Source: Eledone cirrhosa (Eukaryota). From it: 64,000 bases of DNA. The translations under genes and the position numbers were made by a program. This document shows, one piece after another, positions 53,834 to 64,000 of this stretch (within the stretch, counting starts at the first letter, position 1; each line of letters begins with the position of its first letter). The DNA is taken from the NCBI GenBank assembly GCA_964016885.1, contig OZ024741.1, positions 394,692,001 to 394,756,000 on the forward strand, given 5' to 3'. The notes under the pieces are model-generated. The model did no database searches and was not told the origin of the DNA. It saw nothing but the letters and a program-made list of their open reading frames with translations.

Positions 53834-56140
53834 CTGAAAAAGAATAAAAATGACTCTGTTTACAAAGAAACTCCTGCAATAAATGCTTTACACAAACTGG
53901 CATGGGTTGGACAAGACTTTTTGAGGCAGTATTCTACAGCTGGATGCCATTCCAGATTCAAATTCTATTTTGTTTTGTTTTTTGAAGTAAATTGTTCATT
54001 TCACTGAACTTCACATGTCAAACAGCTGAGCTATGGAATATATTGTATATGCATGACATAAACAAATGCCACTGATTGCCTCAGCAGTCAATGCAAAGAT
54101 AAGTGTGCACACACACACAGTAAACTTCTGCATAATTTCTGTCTATTAAATTTCCCTCACAAAGCAATGGTTAGTCTGAGATTATAGCAGAAAACACTAG
54201 CTCAAAGAGCCATACAGTGTGATCAAACCCAAAGCCATGTCATTATAAAATGAGCTTCTTAACCAGACAGCCATGTCTGCACTTATACACAAGTCCGAGC
54301 ATGTGTGCATATATACACATGCATGTGCTTGTAAGGCCTTGTCTGGGCATATATTAAAAGTGCATCTCCCAGATACATCACTCCACTCCCTCTTGTGTGC
54401 TGCTGTTCAATATCCTAAAACTGGTATTTTGCTGCCTTGTGGAATATATAACTGTGTTATCAGACCAAGTCTACTTTCCAGTATGGCACTTTTAATTAAG
54501 AGTTTTTCAGTGTACAGAATAAAATAAAAACAGTCAATGAGAAACTAAGATTTTGTTGATATTGTACTGCTAAGCCATCAGAATCTATACAGGAAATAAC
54601 ATCTATATTAAATGTAAATGTAGAGTAAGTTGAGAAAATTAAGATTATGTCAACCAGTTTACTTCCATGTAACCTATCAAATTGTAAATATCTCGAAAAG
54701 AGAAATTGATACACAGAGCTTACATCAGTTTTCCAGTGATTGTGACCTGTATGGTCCAAAACTGCCATCACCATAGAGGTGAAATTTCAATATGTCCGTT
54801 GAATTATCAACTTATTAAGACATGGAAAAGTTCAGCTCACATAAAAAAAACAAAAACTTGATGCTTTTCAGAGACACTGTATACAATCAAAACTGAGAAT
54901 CTCTTGGAGAGACAATTTTATAAATGAAGAAGTTATGAGAAGAGCTAGAATGGAAAATTTACAAAGGAATGTGAAACGAAAAAGGGGCAATTTGCTAGCC
55001 ATGTGCTGCATTTGACAGATAAAAGAATATCTCATAAAGCAATGGAGTGGATATGAGAAGCAGGAGGAGACTACATGACACCTGGATAAGAACTGTGGAG
55101 AATCTCAGAAGATAGTTGTGAGATGGAGAGACAAGAAAAGAGGAGTAAGTGACTGGCTGAAATGGAAATTAACCTCTCATTTTTTTTCATTAATTGTCCT
55201 CACATATTCTGTAACCTAATCAATTGTCCTATCATTCTTTCTGTGACCTAATCAACTCTTTCTGTCCCTAATCAATTGTGCTACCACATTTTGTGACCTA
55301 TCAGTTGTGCTTTCACTCTTTCTGTGACCTCAGAATTTGAATTGATTTTGCATTACTAACAATTAAATTCACCAATATCTGAAAGAAATTGTGTTGCCAG
55401 CTGTCTGTTTATGAACATATCCCCATTGCATTTCACTTTTTGCATAACTTAGCATATTTTATGTTAACTAGGTGGGTCATAAACTTAATATCAAAATACA
55501 TGATGAAAAGCTGGGTATAAGAGGAATTAGATGTGGTATGTGAGAGAGAAGACTGCACTGGTTTGGACATGTTATGCCAGTGGAAGTAAGCTACAATAGT
55601 GGAAGACTAAGAAATATCTGGGCAGAAGTAGTTAGAGCTAATCTCAAAATGCTCAACTTCACAGAAGATATGCTGAAGGAGTTCTGAAAAAGGAGGGAGG
55701 CTGTGCTGAAGAGGACCTGTCTAACTCATGCAAGCAGAGAAAAGTGGGCATAGAATGATGATGGTGGTGGTGTGGTCTTTGGTTTTCTGAAGGCATTTGG
55801 TAAAATTTATATCAAGTTCTTAATTTGTATACATCATTTTAGCAACAGTCATTTGGTGAGCTGTCATCATTGATAATGGTTGCATCCATACAATGCATCA
55901 CAAAGTTTATGTTTTATCTTGTATAATATTGATTATAAGTCCACCATAACTATATGATTAATAGTTGATCTAAGACACTAGCCTCTAAATTTTGCAATAC
56001 AATTCCAAATGGTATTCCAGCCTTGACCATATCATCTTAACTTCTGATCTAATGTCTCTAGGACATCATTATTCAATATGTGTGGCGATATAAATATGTG
56101 TGTGTGTGCGTGCGCGCATATGAGTGTGTGGACACACACA

Positions 56141-57296
<1,156 letters not shown>

Positions 57297-57374
57297 CACA
57301 TGGCTTAGTGGTTAGAGCATTGGCCTTGCAATCGAAAGGTTGTGAGTTCAATTCTCAGGTCGGGTGGTGTGTTG
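57297..57374 (+). mobile_element. Isolated SINE tRNA head (Pol III A/B boxes)
   Basis: gcacatggcttagtggttagagc...gtgagttcaattctc matches the head of the 52529-52875 SINE. Confidence 0.8.
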
Positions 57375-59570
57375 ATACAAAGGGCCAACGAACTTATTCG
57401 GCGGATTAGATGGAAGGCCTTTCACTTCGATAGGAATAGGATTACACAAACTTCCAACACCAACAATGATAAGTTTGGTTTCAAATCCTACAAAAACCCA
57501 CCCTCTAACCCTCTTCTGGATTCTTTCGAGCAAGACTTAATGAAAATGATAACCGGAATCAAATTTGCAAACGGAAGGAAAAACGAACTGCAACGGGAGA
57601 TTAAAACTCTACTCGACAACTTAAGAAATACCAAAGGAATTATTATAAGGGCAGACAAAACATTGAATCTTTATACCCTAGATGTAGAAACATATAATAA
57701 TTTTATACGTAAGGAAGTACAAAAAAACAAACGCAACTACACAACCAACATTAATAACGCAGCGTGTGATATTGTTAAGAAACTGAAAATCGACGACAGA
57801 ACGGAACCCCTATCTCCAGCTACACCGACTTTTAATTTGAAGGACCATAAGGCTAACTTCGATACTAACCCTAAAATTAGATTGATATGTCCTTCAAAAT
57901 CTGATATAGGTAGAATCAGTAAGTACATATTAGATCGTATTATCCCTCAAGTTAAGGCTAAGGTAGATATTAAATTATGGGGTAATACTCAACAGGCAAT
58001 AAATTGGTTCAATAACATCAGTGACAAAAACAAATCTTATTTTATTCAATTCGATATAGATGAATACTATTCCTCTATTTCACCTGAAACTCTGCATAAG
58101 GCCCTCTCATTCGCTAAGGCTAACTCGGACCTCACAAACGAGGATATTAATATTATACTTGAAGCTAGACGCACAGTAGTCCATTTTGAAAATAGTTATT
58201 GGGTCCGCAGAGATAGACCGTCGGAATTTGACATTACGATGGGTTCTAATGATTCGGCAGAAGTTACGGATTTGGTTGGAATCTATATAGCTCACAGACT
58301 CCAGAGCAAATTTATTGACCTCCACGGCGGAATCTACCGTGATGATGCACTCCTATTAGTCAAAAATATGAACAAACAAAACCTAGAAAGGCGACGTAAA
58401 AACATTAGGAAACTTTTCTTAGAACTAGGACTTAGTATTACCTTCGAACACAATCTTAAAGTGGTCAATTTCTTGGATGTCACCTTCAACCTTAATAACG
58501 GTAATATAAAGCCATTTCACAAACTTAATGAAAATCTCAAGTACGTTAATGTAAGATCGAACCATCCCCATTCCATTATTAAATCTATCCCTAAAAATAT
58601 ATCCATAAGGATCTCCCGACTATCGTCTAATTTGCAAACCTTCAACGAGCATGCTGAGTATTATAACGACGCACTTAGAAAAGCTGGTTACTGCGAGAAA
58701 ATAGAATATCTAGAAGATAACCACATAGGTACTATGAATAAATCACATCTAAGTTGAACTAGTATTGCACCACACAGACACACTAATAGGCATAATAATA
58801 GGTGCAAACCAACAAATAGAGTTAGACGTAGAGAGTACATATGGTATAACCCCGTGTACAATATTTCTACTAGCACTAAGATTATCTCACAATTCTATAC
58901 ACTGATCAATAAACACTTTACAACTTCACATAAATACTATAAAATCTTAAACTCGCGCACCATTAGACTCTCATACTCCACTGCACCTAACATAGAACAA
59001 CTAATTAAAAAACTCAACTCAACAATACTAAATAAGTACATCCCTAATGACACAGCGCACCAACATAGCGACATACAACGCACTAACACGCAGCTACAAC
59101 CCCACCAAACTATCCAGGATACTACTGCAAAACATAAAAATAACTGTAACTGCACTAAACCAGGTTCGTGCCCATTGAATAACCAATGCCTAACACGCAA
59201 TATTGTCTACCGATGTACAATAAATTCCGGAACCAACAAATGGTATTACGTCGGATGTACCGCAACATCTTTCAAAGCTCGCCTATACCAACATCGATCT
59301 TCGATCAAGCATGAGAAAATGCGCTCCGTAACAACCCTCACCGATAAAGCCTGGCAGCTTCGGAAGAACAATCAAGCATTCTCCCTTGATTGGCAAATTA
59401 TTACAGTTGCGCCAGCATATAAGCAAAATCACCGATTTTGTAAATTATGCAATATGGAGATATACTGCATTTTAACGTCGGAAAACAAACTTTTGAACAA
59501 CAAAATCGAACGTTCACTTTACTGTAACCATCGTTTAAAAACGACTTTTTCTTTTTTTAAATGCATGTAA
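57375..59570 (+). mobile_element. Penelope-like retroelement ORF (RT + GIY-YIG), 5'-truncated, one in-frame TGA
   Basis: IIIRADKT, FIQFDIDEYYSSI, FDITMGSNDSAE, GIYRDDAL, VNFLDVTF, IWYNPVY, CNC...CPL...CL, NIVY...YYVGCT...FKARLYQH. Both track ORFs are in the same frame. Confidence 0.9.
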
Positions 59571-60249
59571 TGTTATCTTTTTACACCACCATTTGCAAAT
59601 TTTTATTATTTTTATTTCATATTTTTATATGTTTATACACACGATATGGCTTTTTATAATAATAGCACTAAACACTGTTTTTTAGACCCCTTTAAAAATA
59701 TCCTGCTACTATAATAGCCCCAATAACTTGTCTATAATTCTGTACTACATTGACCCCTTTAACTAAATTTTGTCCAAACAACACCACTAGAAGAATTTAC
59801 TTCCCCCGCCAACCCTAACACGCCTCATTTAGCTAACTGCTGCCAAAACATTTTCTTCTATACAATCTCTACTACTCTGACAGTCTTGAATCCTAAGACT
59901 ACCTCCCCCTTACTCGCTTCCCTCTTCCTCTTCCCTTCCTACCTCCTACTTTCTCACATATCTAGTGTATAAAATATTCTCCTATCATTCTACCATAAAG
60001 GACTGACGACATGGTGTGTTCTCTTACAGTGTACCTACGATTTATGATAATATTTTTATATTATACAAATAGCGAGGTATAGGTAACCCACACACTATAG
60101 AAACAATTGTTACCTATTAAATTCTTTATACCCGCATTTCCGTTTCATAAACTTCTTCATATTTTCTCCGGATTTTAAAGCATATTTTATTATACGTTGA
60201 GCAATCTCCGACGTCGGTTGACTCCATCCAATGCGACTAATTCTATATA

Positions 60250-61210
60250 TATATTTATTAAAATAACAGATTAAAGTTTAAGCAAAGAATCGCTGCTTTC
60301 ACCCTTAACAGGATCTTCTGAAACTAACAAAGTCAATCTGTAAACGCAGAAGTGGATATTTCAAAAAACGTTGCAACCGGAGGAAGACAGGAAGACGATA
60401 CTTTGGTTCGTGGAAACGTTCCCTGGCAAAGAACGGGGAAAAAACGAATATAATACATCATTAATAGAAAAATAATTACACGCAAAGACAGAACCACGTT
60501 TATGGTATAAAAGAAATCGTAGACTAATGTTCTCTTAAGTGGTTCATAGAGACGCTCTCTGGCAATGAACGGAAAAAACGAAAATAATACGTCATATGTG
60601 GAGCGTGGAGAACAATTGCACGCAAAGATAAAACCACGTAAATGGTATAGCTGAAGTCGTAGACTAAAATTCTAACTAGGAAACTGAATGATTCTCCGCT
60701 TCAGAGTTAAGAATAAGTAAATAAAATACAATACAGAGGTAATAGAAATTAAATAAATACATACACACATCCAAATACGTACATACACAAGCATACGCGA
60801 AAACACTCGCCATAGGTATACAAAACCACGTACATATAAATATGTGTGTGTGTGTGTGCGTGTATACGAATAAATAAGTAATTAAATAAACGTATATAAA
60901 TAAATAAATACGTATATAACAATCGCACACACATACCTACATGTAAATACACAAATGTTCGGAGACGTACGTCAACCAAAACATGAAGTACACATATACA
61001 CACACCCAACATACGTACGAACCCGCATACTCACACAGACGCAAAACTCCCGTATACACATAACCAAAAGCATATGTACCAGAATATATAAAAATATATG
61101 CCATAACATATACAATCAAATATACATACGCTTCTTATATATTTGATATATATTTATCCTTATCGAGCCCTCTTTGGATTTTAGTCTTCAAATTTATTAT
61201 TATTACTATT
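60250..61210. mobile_element. Non-coding element related to 29503-29939 (probable pLTR)
   Basis: 60253-60500 matches 29506-29760 and 61133-61208 matches 29862-29938. Confidence 0.65.
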
Positions 61211-61212
61211 AT

Positions 61213-61256
<44 letters not shown>

Positions 61257-61259
61257 TTG

Positions 61260-61530
61260 AACAATTTGAGACAGAATCTATCTGCCACAGGCTGGACTTC
61301 AATCTCACATAAGAGCCCAGAATAGGGCAATTCCTAGAAGATACAAACCAGTTCACTCAAATCAATGCCACCTATACCACAAGACCTTCAAATATCAAGT
61401 AGGTTGAAAGAGACATTTCCAAGTTCAGGCAACACAGGAAATTCAAGCTGTGCCAGAACTAATTTGCAATTTATGTGGACGCCTTTTTAAGAATATGTCT
61501 GGTTTAAAAAGCCACAAGATCTCATGTTAA
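61260..61530 (+). mobile_element. Probable decayed LINE C-terminus with Zn finger
   Basis: LICNLCGRLFKNMSGLKSHKISC* at 61459-61530, resembling terminal Zn fingers of some RTE-clade ORFs. Confidence 0.45.
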
Positions 61531-61592
61531 ATTGAGCATCATGTGCACTAAAGCGGTCAAGCTTTGTATTGGGCAGACAACCTGTATACACA

Positions 61593-62288
61593 CATCATCA
61601 TCATCATCAGGTTTAGCGTCCGTGTTCCACGCTTGCATGGGTTTGGACGGGGATTTTCCCACTTGAGGCAAGAGTGGTTGTCTTGCTCGCATAGGACTGT
61701 CTGGCGGGTTTTCTACAGTTGGATGCCCTTCCTAACACCAACCACATTTACAGTGTGGGGCTGGGAGGTTTTTACCGTGTTGCCTACACGGCCACATTTA
61801 CAGAGTGGACTGTGTGTTTTTTGTCGTGACACCTACACGATCTCATTTGTCTCGGCCTGGATGTTGTGGGACCAACATAACTTTACATTGAAAGGGGCGG
61901 TGTGGATGGGGTGGAGGTGGTGGGACGGGGGTGTGTTTTGATAGAGATGCCTACTGACTGTAGTAGGTTTTTACTTTGTATTTAGGTAAGGCGGATCTTC
62001 TCTATTACTGAGTACCGCCAAAGGTCTCGGTCCAGTGACATTGTCTTGGAGAGGTGTAAGCGTGTGAGGTCGGAATTTATCATGTCGTCCCAGGTTTTTC
62101 TGGGTCTGCCTACTCCGTGGCTACCGTCTATCTTTATTGCCCTGCACTTTGTTATACAGCTGTCGTCTTTCATGCGCATCACGTGACCGTACCAATGTAG
62201 CCTTCTCTCGAGTAAACAACATCTGATCCCTCTTATTTCTAATTTTTTCCTTAGTTCGTTTATGCTTATCCGTTCACGTATATTACTA
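61593..62288 (-). mobile_element. RTE subfamily A 3' fragment
   Basis: ORF tail MRMKDDSCITKC...GRPRKTW, 3' UTR, (CAT)n. Confidence 0.88.
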
Positions 62289-62482
62289 TATATATATATA
62301 TATCATCATCACTATTTAGCATCCATTTTTCCATGCTCATATGGGTTAGATGGGTCGTCCATGTTCGGAGACAAGTCTGGCCAGAATTGGCCACGCCGTA
62401 CCTTGCTCCGATGGGAGTGTAAATTTGGTCGGGGATTTTACAGCTGGATGTCCTTCTTAACACCAACTACATTTACAGTGTG

Positions 62483-63748
62483 GGACTGGATGGTACTGTT
62501 ATGAGGAGGGACAGGCCAGATGGCAGTGCTGAACCTATCTCACAGTGGAGCCAATGGTTTTGGAGCCCAGAACCAGATGGCACCACTATGAGGAAGGACA
62601 GGCCATTTGGATGAGCAGAACCCATCTCACAATGGAACCATAGTTTTTGAGCCTGGTATTGGATGGCATTGTTATAAGGAGGAACAGGCCAGTTGGCAAG
62701 GCTGAACCCCTCTCATAGGAGAACCACAGTTGTGGAACCTGGAACTGGGTGGCACCACTAAATGAGGAGGGACTGGCCAGTTGGCTGCGCCAAACCCTTC
62801 TCGCAGCAGAACCATAGTTTGGGAACCGCAACCATGTTTAAGCACGGTACTGGATGGCACAGCGATGGGAAAGAACAGGTCAGTTGGTCGCATCAAACCC
62901 TTCTTACAGTGGTACCACAGTTCAGGTATATTGCGGTGTGGACTGGATGGCACTGCTACGAGGAGGGACAGGCCAGTTGGTTGCGCCAAACCTATCTCAT
63001 GGTGGAATCATAGTTTTGGAGCCTGGTATTGGGTGGCACTGCTATGAGGAGAGACAGGCCAGTTGGCCATGCTGAGCCCCTCTCACAGTAGAACCACAGT
63101 TCAGGAGCCAGAAACTGGATGGCGCCACTAATGACGAGGGACAGGCCAGTAAGCCGTGCCGATCGCACTCACAGCAGAACCATTGCCGAAAGATTGTCAC
63201 AGTAGAACTATAGTTTGGGTGCCACAACCACATTTACAGTGTGGCACCACTGTCAGGAAGGACAGGCCATTTGGCCGCAATGAACCCCTCTCACTGCGGA
63301 AATGCAGTTCGGGAGCCTGGAACTGGATGGCATCGTTATGAGGAAGGACAGGCTTGTTCGTCACGCCGAACTCTTCACACAGTGGTCTCACATTTTCAGT
63401 GTGGCACCACTGTGAGGAAGGAAGGAAATTTGGCTGTGAAGAACTCTCCTCACTGCGGAACCAGTTTGGGAGCCTGGGACTGGATCCACTACGAGAAGGG
63501 GCAGGCCTGTTGGCTGTGCCAAACCAATGACACAGTGGAACCTTAGTTTGGATTTTGCATGGTACCACAATGATGAGGGACAAGCCAGTTGGCTGTGTCA
63601 AAGCCTTCTCACAGCAGAACCATATTTTGGGTGCTGCACTCAGTTTGCAGTGTGAGACTGGGTGGCACTGCTATGGGGAGGAACAGGCCAGTTGGCTGTG
63701 CCGAACCCTTCTCACAACAGTACCACAATTTGGGAGCCTGGGACTGGA
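62483..63748. repeat. Degenerate ~86-bp tandem array (~14-15 units)
   Basis: Recurrent ctggatggcac..atgaggagggacaggccagttgg..aaccc.tctcacag..gaacca.agttt.ggagcc; unit starts near 62486, 62573, 62659, 62745, 62850, 62943, 63029, 63115 and onward. Confidence 0.85.
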
Positions 63749-64000
63749 TATATATATATATGTATATATATATAGGGAATGTAACATTCAGTTACTGTAG
63801 GTTCACTCAAGTGAGCACTCGATGTGTAGTTTCCAGTCAGTAAAGAGGTGTAGAACCAAGCAGAGTGTAATTATAATAATAAAAAGGTAGTGTCATTACC
63901 ACAGCAGAAGTCCAACGAGCTTTTGATTCCAGAGTCGGGCTAGATTGATACAAATTGAACCTTGAGCTGATCAATAGCGAAACACTTGGTTCCAAGAATT

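Noticed and set aside
57297-57370. tRNA gene
   Set aside because: It has A/B boxes but poor acceptor and anticodon stems, and it is near-identical to the SINE heads at ~52800-52875 and ~56400-56475.
60000-60030. CTGACGA hammerhead candidate downstream of the Penelope ORF
   Set aside because: No stem II/GAAA partner found.
62483-63748. CRISPR-like array or repeat-protein ORFs
   Set aside because: Eukaryotic context, whole units are homologous with no unique spacers, no cas genes, and the ~86-nt period does not maintain a frame.

Overview
AT-rich, microsatellite- and transposon-dense animal genomic DNA, probably an octopod cephalopod (inferred from repeat types and composition). One host gene spans most of the window on the minus strand: an LNX1/LNX2-like (Ligand of Numb X) gene. 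I reconstructed 12 GT-AG exons (53833 to 2605, 1429 nt, phases consistent) encoding a TRAF-like Zn finger, four PDZ domains and a C-terminal WPGTFV. I did not find the RING-encoding 5' exons in the window. The introns contain: about 20 RTE-clade LINE fragments with (GAT)n tails, most with a C4HC3 PHD finger inside the RT region and often inserted in (TA)n; tRNA/CORE SINEs with RTE-derived tails; several Penelope-like elements (one near-intact ORF, several fold-back remnants with minimal hammerhead ribozyme cores); a piggyBac nested at a TTAA in a LINE; a Chapaev3-type transposon; a ~720-bp palindrome; and an ~86-bp tandem array. All calls were made by eye, and repeat boundaries are approximate.
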